From positions 106,578,001-106,642,000 of the forward strand of contig NC_043003.1 of assembly GCF_006345805.1 (NCBI RefSeq): DNA of 64,000 nucleotides. The letters run 5' to 3'. The first letter of the stretch is position 1. Each line of letters starts with the position of its first letter. Of the stretch, positions 38,055 through 51,021 are shown piece by piece. The stretch is from Octopus sinensis. Lineage: Eukaryota. The translations under genes were made by a program, and so were the position numbers. Under the pieces are notes generated by a model. It did no database searches. It was not told the origin of the DNA and worked only from the letters and a program-made list of their open reading frames with translations.

Positions 38055-38290
38055 TACTTGTTTCTTTATTACCCACAAGGGGCCAAACATAGAGGGGACA
38101 GACAAGGACAGACAAACGGATTAAGTCGATTATATCAACTCCAGTGCGTAACTGGTACTTATTTAAATCGACCCCGAAAGGATGAAAGGCAAAGTCAACC
38201 TCGGCAGAATTTGAATTCAGAACGTAACGGCAGACGAAATACTGCTAAGGACTCCGCCCGGTGTGCCAACGTTTCTGCCAGCTCGCAGCC
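38055..38290 (-). mobile_element. SINE-B
   Basis: Full copy; gcaactgataaaatac TSD. Confidence 0.9.
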
Positions 38291-39457
38291 TTGCAACTGA
38301 TAAAATACCTTACAGTACTACATATCTTTACATTCAGGGTTCAAATCTCACAAGAACTGACTATGACTTTCATTCATCTGAGTGGTGGAGGAGATTGCTA
38401 GAATAAATAACAGGACTGAGATTAATTTAATCAACCATGCCCTTCTCCAAAATTCCAGGCTTCTAGTACTTATATTCTATATGGCATAATGGTAAATTTC
38501 TATGAAATGAAATAGTATGCATTTGGCATGCAAATCTTATAATCCGGTTTTGATTCTCAGCTGCAAGTCATATCTTATATTCGCCATCTGCTGGAATGGT
38601 GTGAACATCACACCATCTCACTTTCCTCCCGATACATATTGGAGAAATCTTGTATGTATGTCAGAAATCAATATTTTCTATGACAGCAAAATTGACTAAT
38701 CAATAGCTTACAAATATTTACTTCACTTTTATTTATTTATGTATATTTATACATATGTGTATGTAGGTAGATAAATTATAGGTTTCTAAAAAAAATTAAC
38801 ATATCTGTGTCGTCTTTAAAACAAAAAAATGAAATTTTGAGTATAAATAAAATATAAAACTATGTGTATTTAAAATTTTACTTTTCTAACCTATTTCAAG
38901 TGAATCTGATAAATTTAAACAGAAAACATTTTATGAGGGAAGGGAGAGGTGGGAGGGAAATGACAAGAGTGAGAGAGGAAAAAGAGAGGGAGGTTATGAG
39001 AGAGAAAGAACGAAAGGGTGATAAAGGCAGGAGAAAGAAGAAGAGAAGCAAAACGTAGAGGGAGGAGGTGAGAGACAGAGAGAATGAGGAGGTGGGAAGA
39101 GTGGGTTTGGGGGTTTTGTAAAGAAAATCTCTTTGAGCAATGTTTTTTTGTTTGTTTTTGTGCAAAAAGTCATTAAATATGTGAAACGCCAAAAGGAAAT
39201 AAAACCTCGAAATTTGTCATCTTCAAAAAATGTTTTTACAGTAATCAAAACTAGACAAACCAATTGGAATTTTTACAATTAAGAAATAGCTGAAACAATG
39301 CAGGATATTTTTACTGTTGAAAAAAGAAAGAAAAAAAAACCCATTTCTTTCGCTCTGTTCAAAGTTGTATCCTCAAGAAGAGTTCTATTTCACACAGAAA
39401 AGGTAACAAAACACATCCATTTTACACTGTTACCATTGCAGATGCACTTTTGGTTTA

Positions 39458-39945
39458 GGGCAGGCTTGATTGTGTGGGTAAAACACTTGCTTCCCAACTA
39501 TGTAGACATGGGTTCAATCCCACAGTATGGCATCTTGGGCTGTCTAAAGCCTTGTGAGTGGATCTTGAGGATGGAAACTGAAAGAAGCTCATCAGATTCT
39601 TTTATTATTTACTTCAGTCATTCGACTACGGCCATGCTGGAGCACCGCCTTTAGTCGAGCAACTCGACCCCGGGACTTATTCTTTGTAAGCCCAGTACTT
39701 ATTCTATCGGTCTCTTTTTGCTGAACCGCTAAGTGACGGGGACATAAACACACCAGCATCGGTTGTCAAGCAATGCTAGGGGGACAAACACAGACACACA
39801 AACACACACATCTATATATGTACAATGGGCTTCTTTCAGCTTCCGTCTACCAAATCCACTCACAAGGCTTTGGTTGGCCTAGGGCTATAGCAAAAGACAC
39901 TTGCCCAAGGTGCCATGCAGTGGGACTGAACCTGGAACCATGTGA
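39458..39945. mobile_element. Old SINE-A head (+) adjoining a younger SINE-A (-, 39597-39945)
   Basis: Family matches in opposite orientations. Confidence 0.8.
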
Positions 39946-40241
39946 GACAGTGTGTATGTTTGTGTCATTGTCTTGACATTGTGTGATTGTTGCAAATGAA
40001 TGTCATTCCCAATATTTGGCAGAAATGTTTCTAGGTAGGAGGAAATATTACTTTGCTTCGAAAACCGGTCAAATTTGGCAATAGGAAGGGCTTCTGACCA
40101 TAGAAAATCGGTCTCAATGAACTCAAACTCCTCACTTAAACCCTATCAATCTTGGAGGCCCCCGCCCCATAAAGTACTACATTTCCACTTCTGGCTAAAC
40201 AATGCAAACATCTTTCCCAGATTAAATTGTATCACCTTTAA

Positions 40242-40460
40242 CCCTTTAGTATTTAAACCAGCCATATCCGGCCAAAATAGCTAATCTGTTTTATGGTCAA
40301 ACTAACCAGATCCAGGCTCTCACACCTACCCTACAATGTTATTCTACATTAAGTAATTACACCATCAAGATCTTGAAGATATGAGATAATGCATGATTAA
40401 TTCAAATCAATGGGAATCAATAAGCATTATGTTTGATGGAATAATCTGAACACTAAAGGG
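40242..40460. mobile_element. piggyBac-like MITE
   Basis: TTAA|ccctttagt ... actaaaggg|TTAA. Confidence 0.8.
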
Positions 40461-41904
40461 TTAAAAAGGAAGGACACTCTAAGAAAGATATTGAAGATTG
40501 GATAATCACTACCAGGCTGCCTTTGATGAGGACTGTACAGGTCTAAAGAAACTTTGACCTTTCTCAATGAATAGAAATTAAAAAGAGAATGCCTTAGCAA
40601 CAACAACAACAACGGAGTGAAATCATTAGAAAACACCCAACTCCAGTGAACTAAATCAATGAAGTCATACGTTTTCTGAAGAGTCTCAGTTAACTGCTGC
40701 TGCAGGTGAAGTAGCATTTGTTGCTCAGGCTGAGCTTTGAGCAGCCAAGGAAAGGTGGTGGTGGTGGTGGGGTGGGGGTGGGGTGTTAGATAAAACTTCC
40801 ATACTAATAATTGAGTTTACTTAGAATAATATGATATCAGGAAGTGATATCATATTATTTCCTGAGCACAGGTGGAGAAGTGGAAAACAGAAAAGAAGGA
40901 AATGGTGAAAAAAAAGACAAAAAAAAAACTGAGGCTGGAATTAGTTAAAAAAAAATAAGCACGATAACATAAGTTTACTAATAGCAGTAAACTCGTTAGC
41001 TATCTTCAACATCAATTTCCTCAAGAGTTGTTAGTTGTCTAATAGGTGAGAAATATAGACATTCACTGACAGTTACAAAGTGATCAGAGAAGATATATGT
41101 ATGAGAAAAAAGAGAGGCTGACAGAGTGTGTGTATGTGAGAGAGAGAAAGAGAGAGAGAGAGAAAGGGAGAAAGAAAGCATGTGCGAGAGAAAAAGAAAG
41201 AGGGAGAGGGAATGAGTGTGTGAGAGAGAGAAGGAAAAAAAGTGGTTCGTGGAATCTCACTTTCAGTGTAAATGACAAGAATGGAAAAGATTTGACGAAT
41301 TAAATTCCAAAATCAATACAGACACTTTCAGAAAGATCGAATATATTGAATGATACACGATTTTTAAACATTCTATCATTGTAGTAATATTATTGTAATA
41401 ATTTCAAGAGATGAATTTCAGGAGTGAAGAAAGAATAAAAAAAAAAAAAAGGAATTAAGAGAGATTTTGACAGTTTTAATTTTATAAAATCAAATATCTT
41501 CAAGTAGGAATGACAAAAAAGAAAAAAATCTATATTTTACAAATCTATAAGATATTCAGTGAAATGAATTTTAAAAAGAGAAAATAAAATGCTAAATGCT
41601 TCGATAACCACATTAAGGTCTTCTGGTTGTGAATAATCAAGAGTTAATGGCCAGCTTCATGTTAGGAATCCAGTTTTATTAGCATGAATTAACTGAATTT
41701 TCATGGCAGATCGAAATTATGTCAATTTAAAAGCTAAATATGTTACAAGAAGGTAGAATGGTTCACTATAGATGTCCACTATTAGGCAGGTGTTCTCAAG
41801 CCAAGGTAGATATACTTCAAGGGATAACTGGTAGTCCCTTAGTTATAACAATAAGGGTTCCAGTTGACCCAGTCATGTGGAACAGGGTGCTTGTGAAATT
41901 AATA

Positions 41905-42110
41905 CTACACACAGAGAGGACAAACAAGGATGGACAAATGGATTAAGTCAATTATATCGACCCCAGTGCGTAACTGGTACTTATTTAATCGACCCTGAAA
42001 GGATGAAAGGCAAAGTCGACCTCAGCAGAATTTGAACTCAGAACGTAACGGCAGACAAAATACCACTAAGTATTTCGCCTGGCGTTGCTAACGTTTCTGC
42101 CAGCTCGCCA
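41905..42110 (-). mobile_element. SINE-B
   Basis: Family match. Confidence 0.88.
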
Positions 42111-42119
42111 CACACATAC

Positions 42120-42345
42120 ATATACCTTTAACGTATTTCTCAGGGAGGTTCAGGGTGACACTGAATGTGACAAGACTGGCCCTCAGAATTACAGGTACAA
42201 CTCATTTTTGCCAGCTGAGTGGACTGGAGTAATAAAGTAAAATAAAGTGTCTTGCTCAAGGACACAACACGCCACCAGGAATTGAACTCTCAACCTTATG
42301 ATCATGAGCCGAATACCCCTTACCACTAAGTTACACACTTTCACA
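42120..42345 (-). mobile_element. tRNA/CORE-like SINE with a third tail type
   Basis: Minus strand: taacttagtggtaag...gagttcaattcc...ccttgagcaagacact...ccactcagctggcaaaaatgag. Confidence 0.7.
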
Positions 42346-42503
42346 TCTCCGTCCCTAGGGATACACAAGAGAAATTGAAGTACAAGAGGGTTGTAGAGAC
42401 ACTAGAAATTAAAAGTAATCAGAACCACTAAATGCAACCAATGGATGTCGTGTAAACTTGATATTCTGAAGGAAATGCCAAAGTCAGTTTTAATAATATA
42501 CAT

Positions 42504-42910
42504 TAGGTGCAGGAGTGGCTGTGTGGTAAGAAGCTGGCTTCCCAACAACATGGTTTGGGGTTCAGTCCCACTGAGTGGCACCTTGAGCAAGTGTCTTCTA
42601 CTATAGCCTCGGGCCGACCAAAGTCTTGTGAGTGGATTTGGTAGACGGAAATTGAAAGAAGCCCGTCGTATATATGTGTGTATATATATATGTGTGTGTG
42701 TGTGTTTGTCCCCCACCACCACCACCACCACCACTTGACAACCGATGTTGGTGTGTTCACGTCCCTGTAACTTAGCGGTTCAGCAAAAGAGACCGATAGA
42801 ATAAGTACTGGGCTTACAAAGAATAAGTTGTGGGGTCGATTAGTTCAACTAAAGGCGGTGCTCCAGCATGGCTGCAGTCAAATGACTGAAACAAGTAAAA
42901 GAATAAAAGA
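42504..42910 (+). mobile_element. SINE-A
   Basis: Full-length family match. Confidence 0.9.
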
Positions 42911-43127
42911 ATTATAATCCAGTTTGATTGTGCACTCACCTCACACTATTTGAGTATATCACCAGATTGTGCAGAGCTTTGCTCTTTGAACTAATTGTGT
43001 GAACACACCTTCTTATCTGCCTCAACCTATCCGATAATACTTTCACGTGTCGCCATATTATCTCTAGATGGACTTATTTGAATTATTGTGCCTACTGACA
43101 ATAATCAACAAAATGAGTCTATCTGGC

Positions 43128-44621
43128 ACTTGCATGTCACCTATAAGGTTAGCATGAGAATTGCAACAACAAAAAACCAAAAAAAAAAACAAAAAAACAA
43201 AGAAAGAAACTTCCAACAATTGATGAAGCTTTGAGGTTGCCCTGTTAGAAAGATATTACTGATTGCAAGTTGGGTGAAAATGTAACAGAGAAACTGAGTA
43301 CTCTGCCAGGGTCAAATGGTACCATTCCTGGAAAGACACCCAATATGTCAGATCATCATCATCATCACCGTCATTTAACGTCCGCTTTCCATGTTGGCAT
43401 GGGTTTGACTGAAGACTGGTAAGCCAGGAGGCTGCACCAGCCTCAATCTGATCTGGCAAAGTTTCTACAGCTGGATGACCTTCCTAATGCCAACCACTCC
43501 AAGAGTGTAGTGGGTGCTTTTATGTGCCACCGGCATGAGGGCCGGTCAGGCTGTACTGGCAACGACCATGCTCAAAAGGGGTTTTTTAAGTGCTACCTGC
43601 ATGGGAGCCAGTCCAGTGGCACTGGCAATGCCCACACTCAAATGTTGTTTTTCACGTGCCAGCAAGGCGGCATTGGCAACAATCATGCTCAAATGGCACT
43701 TTTTATGTGCCACTGGCACAAGAGCCATATAATATATAAAATAAAGTTAATTTCAGAAATCAAAAATACTCCACTAGATATCTCTACTATCCAGTTCGAT
43801 AAAGACTGCAGACATACCATTTGATACCCAGCTTCTTGTATACACAAGATAAATAAAGCATTTTGGTTTTATATGATTCCTATTTTGTCAACTCTTGGAA
43901 AGCAAAATGAAGGAAGGCATACAAAGTTGTAATTGGCTTTAAAAAAAAATCATTTTGGGAAAACCTTAGCACAAGTGATGGAATTCCAGCAATGCTGGGT
44001 TATAGATCTAGTTTCTTAGCAAGAGTGTCAAATGCCAAAGTAAATGCACTGTATGATCTATAAGATTATGTACAGAGATTCTGCCTCCAGCTCTCAATCC
44101 ATTTTGGATGTTGCGGGCATCTAGTGTCCTCTGAAAACAAGGATATGCGTTTGCTGTATCAAGAATTAAATGCTAAAATAGAAGGTACTTTTGTTTCACA
44201 CAGACATGAGAAGGCTTTCGGGAGGTAATATGGCAGCTCAAGTTGCAATGATGAAAGACAAGCTGGAAGAATTCTTTCTGAGACATCAAAAGGATAAATC
44301 AATCAAGTTGGCAAATTTTCTGATAAAAATACTGGAAGAACTAAACCCTTTTTGAACCGTCTTCTCTAATATGAAGCTCCATGGTTAAATTTTAGTCATC
44401 TGTGTGTTGAAAGTGAGGGGAGGGCCTTGTGAAGGATGAGGATAAAATACAAACTTGACTAAGATGGGATCTAAATTCTTTAAATTAATAACAAATGATA
44501 CATGTTCATTATCTGCTCTATGGTATCCAATCATTTGGTACCATATTCTTTAAAAGGAATGTGTTGGCATTGCCAGACATGATGAAGGGGTACACCAAAA
44601 TAAAAAGCTTGAAAACCCCTG
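43128..44621 (+). pseudogene. Decayed Charlie/Buster-type hAT transposase with 3' TIR, split by an RTE insertion
   Basis: Collinear motifs YKVSMRIA..K, TIDEALRLPC*KDI..LGE..LPGSNGTI, IQFD..QLLVYTR, FLFCQLL, TSDGIPAMLG, HCMIY, LLFHTDMRRLSGGN; ends ttgaaaacccctg; many frameshifts and stops. Confidence 0.8.
43352..43728 (-). mobile_element. RTE LINE 3' UTR with four tandem units
   Basis: catcatcatcaccgtcatttaacgtccgctttccatg...; repeated ttttatgtgccac...ggcaac. Confidence 0.85.
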
Positions 44622-45576
44622 TCATAAACTAAATTTCTAAGAGACTAAGAAACTCTTTTTTTTCTTTTTTCTACAGTGCTATACACTGTACTGTACACAC
44701 TGCACTTAAGACTAGTGGCATAGTCAAAATTCTAGTTAGAGATACATTAGACTACACAACACAATTCATCTGGCAGCTACAATTTGGACGGCACTGCACA
44801 ATATTTGGTAGCTTTAGTCTGGACCACACTGAACAACTTATCTGGTGGTAGCCTATGGCGATCACTATTTACATCTTAAAACACTGATAGAATTTTATAA
44901 CACAAAATCTATAAATGTTAAATTAAAGCCATCAAATGAAAATAAACAAATACATAAATAGATAAATAAATAAATAGAAAGATATCCCAGACTCTACTCA
45001 ATGCAGTAACTAATGAGCAAGGAATATTTGAGACTTGCCTGATCAGACTTTACCCAGGGCTACACACCAACAACATCCGAGAGATCTATAAACAGTTCAA
45101 TATTAAGAAATTCCATAAATCTAACATACCAACAGTTTGTAACATCACTAATTAATTAGAATAAGAACATCTAACCTGTACTTGGAAGCAAATCGTAAAT
45201 TGATTAAATTCAATATAGAATGTTGTTTTCTGTGGTTCTTTTGAGTTGTACAAAGTAATACATATTATCTCTCATGCCGTTTCCACAGACGTAACACAGA
45301 AGCATGAAAATTTCCATCAAATAAATAGATGCAGCATGAGGCAGAGGCAAGTGTACATCTCTAACAATATTACTAAGTTTATTGTAGATAAACAATAGGT
45401 TCACATCTTAAAACTCTTCTATACACCTCCTCCCACACACACACACACACACACACACGGCTATACACTTTCTTGTAAACATGCACATACACACACGTGT
45501 GTGTGTCCATATAGGAGGCCAAGAGACAGAACAATATAAAAATGAAATATATACTTCAAGAGATGTTTACAAGTTC

Positions 45577-45577
<1 letters not shown>

Positions 45578-45612
<35 letters not shown>

Positions 45613-45694
45613 GATAATGATAATAATGATGATGATGATATTAACAACAATAATAATAATGATAATGATGATGATGATAATAATAATAATAATA
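45578..45694. repeat. (AAT/GAT)n tract
   Basis: Direct read; 5' flank of the R4/Dong-like element. Confidence 0.92.
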
Positions 45695-46327
45695 AATCAT
45701 ATTATCTCTGGCTGCCCAGTCCTGTTAAGAAGGAATATATTCACAGACACGACAGAGTTGGGACCTATATACACTGGAAGCTATGCCAACATTATGAAAT
45801 AACAACAGAAAAAAGATGGTATAAGCACACACCAGAAAAGGTCACAGAAAACGAGAAAGCAACCATACTCTGGGATATGCCAATACACACAGGTAGAGAA
45901 ATTAAAGCCAACAGACCAGATATAGTTGTCAAAGATCATGAAGAAAAAAAATGCTTTCTAATTGATGTATCAATACAGGCAGATGACAACGTGTCTCTAA
46001 AAGAAATGGAGAAACTTTCAAAATACAAAGACTTGGAAATAGAGGTAACCAGAATGTGGAATCTAAAAACAGAAACAATTCCTCTCATAGTAGGTGCATT
46101 AGGCATGATAAAAAAATATTCAGAAAAATACATAACAAAAACACCAGGACTTACAAACACATATAACATACAGAAAATTGCACTACTAGGCACTGCACAC
46201 ATCCTACGCAGAACACTTTCCATACAATAACCATCAGAGCATCACAACAAATCACAGCACATACCCAAGGCACACAGAGCTGCGCTCGGTAGTGAAGTGA
46301 AATCACGCTATAAAAATAAAACTACTG
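45695..46327 (+). mobile_element. 5'-truncated R4/Dong-clade non-LTR retrotransposon (Zn-knuckle end + restriction-like endonuclease + 3' UTR)
   Basis: HIISGCPVL/(frameshift)KKEYIHRHD...ILWDMPIHTGREIKANRPDIVV...LIDVSI...EKLSKYKDLEIE...PLIVGALG; stop at 46230; (AAT)n on both sides. Confidence 0.9.
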
Positions 46328-47574
46328 AATAATAATAATAATAATAACAACAATAATAATAATAATAATGAAAGTATGATAAATCAACCAAATAATATCT
46401 CCATGCAGTTATGTCTAGAGACTCTCCATCAATCTAAGAATACCACAATGTAATGTAGTGTATACTCTACACCATACTTTCACTATAGATAGTGATTTGT
46501 GAAACCCTCCCAGTAGAAGTTCTTTCGCAAATACAATCTCTATTGTCTTGCAAGTACTTCAGTTGCAGGGTTTTATACTAGCTGTAAAAGTCTTCACTTC
46601 AGCCAGTTAGCGCCAGTCCAAATTTTAAGTTAACAACCATTTCCCAAGAATAGCTTTCGCTTATTCTATTGCCGTCGTATCTTATAAGGTTTGTGTAACT
46701 GAACCAGAATTATTATTTATATCAAACTTCTGGAACTTAATTCTGTTCTTATCTAAATTACAGAACCTGTGGCATGATTGAAGCTCTGAAAGTATAACAT
46801 GTTCACACACAATTGGGCCTCTCACCCAGTGTCCTCCTCACGTCTGCAACTGTTGCTTATTTTTTTACTCTTTCTTCTTCCACCCAGGCAAACACGTCTC
46901 TCCTTCAAGTCACTTCCTACTGACATCCAACCCTCATTCTTATCATTGCCCCCCACCCCCCATTCTATATCTATCATTATTTTTACCATTGTACTCTCAC
47001 ACGTTTTATTCCCCTTTCACTCTCCTCACCATACACATAAGCCAATCCCTCATCCCCCTATCACTCTCCTATCTACTGTTTTCTTCTGATGATATAAATA
47101 ACGATGTTTGAACCAATTACTACAACAAATCATTTCATATCAACATTTACGTACTGCCAGTCACCACCTCCTCTCCTCTGAGCTACTTGCAACTGCCATC
47201 TGTCTATCATTCTTATTGATTCCCCACTCATATTTTCATCAATCTTCCCTACTCCTGTTCCCCATCCACCCCCAATGTACATCTAACCACCTCATGTTTA
47301 TAGCCATCTCTCACTATCTTGCAACTTTATTCACCCTTTCTAAATTTCCAGACTCCGTGGGTATATTCTAGCATCTTGTCATCATCTTACTTAACTTATC
47401 TTGTGACACTACTCCAGTCACCCCCCACCCATCCATGTAAAATGTGAAGCTGCCATGAATCACCCCCACAAGGAACTTATACCTACTCCTCCCATCATCC
47501 ATTGGCCTCTCAACACCTCACATCAAGCAATCACTCTCACCTTTTCTCCCTCTCAAGCAAGGAGGATTCTTTCA

Positions 47575-47800
47575 GTCTTGTGAGATCCAAGGCAACCTCT
47601 ATAGTGCTGGTGCCTTGAAAAAAAAAGCATCCTTTACACTCTGTAAATTGGTTGGCATTTGGAAAGGCGTCCAGTTACAGAAACCATTCTAAAACTGAGA
47701 CTCTTAAGCTAGATGGGTCTTCTGATTTATCAGACCCTGTCTAATTGTTCATCTCATGTCATCATGGAAAGTGGATGTAAAAATGATGATGATGATGGTG
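47575..47800 (+). mobile_element. Old RTE 3' UTR
   Basis: aaaaagcatcc...ggttggcatttggaaaggcgtccag...catggaaagtggatgtaaaaatgatgatg. Confidence 0.65.
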
Positions 47801-48359
47801 AGTCTAATTAACTTGAGCCTGTTCTTCAATTTTAGGAATAATTCAAAGATCTTATTAATTTGTCTGATATCAGATTTCACTGGATTAATTAATGTGATCA
47901 CAGAATTTCTACTGAAATACACCTAAATTAATGTCATTGTATCTGTGTTCTACATGGTGGTTCTTTTTCATATAATTTAGTGAAAAACAGAGACATACAT
48001 AGGTTAAACACTATTCTTATACTCAAACAGATAGCGATAATACTTAATGATGCATTTTTGTAGGGTTTTACAAGTTAATACTTGCTTCTATATCGCAATA
48101 TACTTTCTATTTTCCTTTTCAAGTCCTATAGGACATCATTGTCCATTAGCATTACTTCTACACAAGTCCTGTCTTAATGTTGTCTGAGAGTCATCAGGCT
48201 TTTATTTTTTTATATTTATATTTGTACCAATTATCCGTGTCTTTTGCTTTTGATTTTGTCACCAGATATACACTACATTACATAATCATTATAATATATA
48301 ATGTGTTTCCTATATATATAATCCCGTGGCCTTCACCTGGGATGTACCCAGCCCACTTA

Positions 48360-48788
48360 TGCATTCCTTTCCTTCTTGGGACACAAAACTCCACTTGTGA
48401 AGACCTGTTGAGGCAAGTGAAAATCAAAATCGTAATCTATCAACATCAATGGAATTTGTAGCTGTGATACCAGTGCCGGTGGCACGTAAGAGAACCATCT
48501 GAACGTGGCCGTAGCCAGCGCCGCCCGACTGGCCCCGCACCGGTGGCACATAAAAAGCACCATCCGACCGTGGCCGTTGCCAGCTTTGTCTGGTCCCCGT
48601 GCCGGTGGCACGTAAAAAGCACCCACTACACTCTCAGTGTCATTGGCATTAAGAAGGGCATCTAGCCATAGAAACCTTGCCAAATCAGATTGGAACTTGC
48701 TGCAGCTTTCCGACTTACAAATTTTCAGTCAAACTGCCCAATTCATGCCAGCATGGAAAGCGGACATTAAATGATGATGATGATGATA
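48360..48788 (+). mobile_element. RTE LINE 3' UTR with three tandem units
   Basis: ccggtggcacRtaa(aa)agcacc x3, (GAT)n tail. Confidence 0.85.
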
Positions 48789-49385
48789 TAAATATATAAT
48801 AGGAAGCTGGCTTCCCATCCACATGGATCAGCTTTAGTCTTATTACAAGGCACCTTGGACAAGTGTCTTCTGCTATTGTCTTGGGCCAACCAAGGCCTTG
48901 TAAGTGAATTTTGTAGGCAAAAGTTCCATCGTGCATCTGAAAGTGCTGATGCCTCCTTTAATATGTCGGTAGGAAATACTTACATTGACAGAGCTTCCCC
49001 ATATGTAACTAAATATACATATGTTTGGTTGATCTAAGTAGGTATTAGCTTTTCATTATAGAATATATGCCACATAAACATCTCTTGGAGTATAAATGGT
49101 TATTTTTGTACTCTGAATGTTATGACAATCAATAAAAGAGAGAGTTTGGGACACCGTTTATAGCATTAAGCCAACAGCAGGGGATATTTCTAGGTGCTTT
49201 TCTTTATATATGATAACACATATTATTACGTATATAGTATGCAGCAATTATCAGAGAGATGATATTTACGATAAACTGAATATTCTAACGTTTCGACTGG
49301 CAGAGAGTTACAAAGCTTTTGGATCTTGGATCACTTTTGCATGTGGAACTTATGAAAAATGGGATCTGAATCATTGCTATTATAA

Positions 49386-49531
49386 GGCAGGTGTGTGTGG
49401 TTGAGAACTTTACTTTGCAACCATGTGGTTTCGGGTTCAGTCCCACTGAGCAGCACCTTGGGCATTGGTTGGCCACGGGGCCAACCAATGTCTTGTGAGT
49501 GAATTTGGTAGATGGAAACCATGGGGAACTT

Positions 49532-49571
<40 letters not shown>

Positions 49572-50240
49572 CACCCGCTTGACAACGGGTGTTATTTTAT
49601 TTACACTTTCATAACTTAGCAGTTTGGCAAAAGAGACCAACAGAATAAGTCTCAAGCAGTAAAAAAAGGGGCTGGGGTCAATTTTTTGATCAAACACTTC
49701 AAGATGGTGCCCAAGCATGGCCAAAGTCCAAAGACTGAAGCGAGTAAAAGATAAAGGATAAATTGAATAATAAAAATTATTTTTGTGGCTGTGTGGTAAG
49801 AAGTTTGCTTCCTAGCCACACAAGTCCAGGGTCAGTCCTACTGCATGGCACCTTGGGCAAGTACCTTCGACTATAGTCTCAGGCCAACTAAAGCCTTGTG
49901 AGTGGAAACAAAGAAACATCTCAGATGTTATATATATATATATATATATATATATGCCAATCCTCAGTCAAACCATCCAACCCATGCCAGCATGGAAAGC
50001 GGATGTTAAACGATGATGATGAGTGTGTGCGTATTTCTGTATTTGTCCTCTTCCATCACATGATAACTGGAGTTGGCTTGTTTATGTCCCTGTAACTTAG
50101 CAAACTGACAAAAGAGACTGATAAAGTGGCAGGCTTTTACAAAAAAAACAGTACTGGGGTGGATTTATTTGACTAAAAACTTTCCAAGGCGGTGCCTCAG
50201 CTTGGCTGCTGTCAAATGACTGAAACAAGTAAAGGATACA
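49386..50240 (+). mobile_element. Two older SINE-A copies (49386-49760, 49783-50240), second with an RTE tail fragment inside
   Basis: Family matches; cagtcaaaccatccaacccatgccagcatggaaagcgg at about 49965. Confidence 0.8.
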
Positions 50241-50438
50241 AATTTTTTGTAAAAGGTTTCATTCTAAAATATTTACACTAATTCAAATTAATGCTTGCAG
50301 AGTTTGGTTTAAATATGCTGAGAGTATATAATTAGGTTGATAGAAAGGTAACAATTTGTATTTGACATTTGTTTAGATTAAAAAGAATAAAATCTAAACT
50401 GGCTGTTGTGTAAATATTCCCTCTTTATATTAAAAACC

Positions 50439-50740
50439 GTGGAGGCGCAATGGCCTAGTGGTTAGGGCAGTGGACTCGCGGTCGCAGGATCGCGGTTTTG
50501 ATTCCCAGACCGGGCGTTGTGAGTGTTTATTGAGCGAAAACACCTAAAAGCTCCACGAGGCTCCGGCAGGGGGTGGTGATCCCTGCTGTACTCTTTCACC
50601 ACTCTTTCTCCCACTCTTCTGTTGGCCTGCTCGCTTAGCCAGCGGGGTGGCGTCATTCGAAGGCTAAAACAATGCGAACGCATTGTGACCAGCGATGTGT
50701 AACAACATCTGATGGTCTGGTCGGTCACGTGATCACGTGA
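50439..50740 (+). mobile_element. SINE-C full length (tRNA-Arg-like head)
   Basis: gtggaggcgcaatggcctagtggttag (A box), gactcgcggtc anticodon-like arm, ggttttgattccc (B box); TSD tattaaaaacc. Confidence 0.9.
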
Positions 50741-50804
50741 TATTAAAAACCAGACCTTCATATGAAATTTATGTTTTTTTACTTGTATTCTAAACATGTT
50801 GTTT

Positions 50805-51021
50805 TTAACGATTAGCATTTAAACTGACCATGTCTGGCCCAAATATTTATCTGTTTTATGTTTAAACCAGCCATATCTGACCTCTCACACCTATCCTACA
50901 ATATCATTCTCAAAATAAACAATTACATCATTGAAATTGTGAAGCTAGAAGATGCATGGTTAATTCAATGTGAATAAATAAACATTACATTTGACAGAAT
51001 AAACTGATCACCAAAGAGTCA
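50805..51021. mobile_element. Degenerate piggyBac-like MITE
   Basis: Body homologous to 26822-27042; termini eroded. Confidence 0.7.

Noticed and set aside
45481-46230. 249-aa ORF as a host gene
   Set aside because: Chimera of a poly-N microsatellite and a frameshifted, 5'-truncated retrotransposon endonuclease
48470-48625. CRISPR-like repeat-spacer pattern (also 4895-5110, 43510-43720)
   Set aside because: The spacers are homologous to each other, the array lies in an RTE 3' UTR, the context is eukaryotic and there are no cas genes
50439-50515. tRNA gene calls for SINE-A, -B, -C and family F heads
   Set aside because: Acceptor and T stems are defective, there is no Pol III terminator, and each head continues into a repeat body
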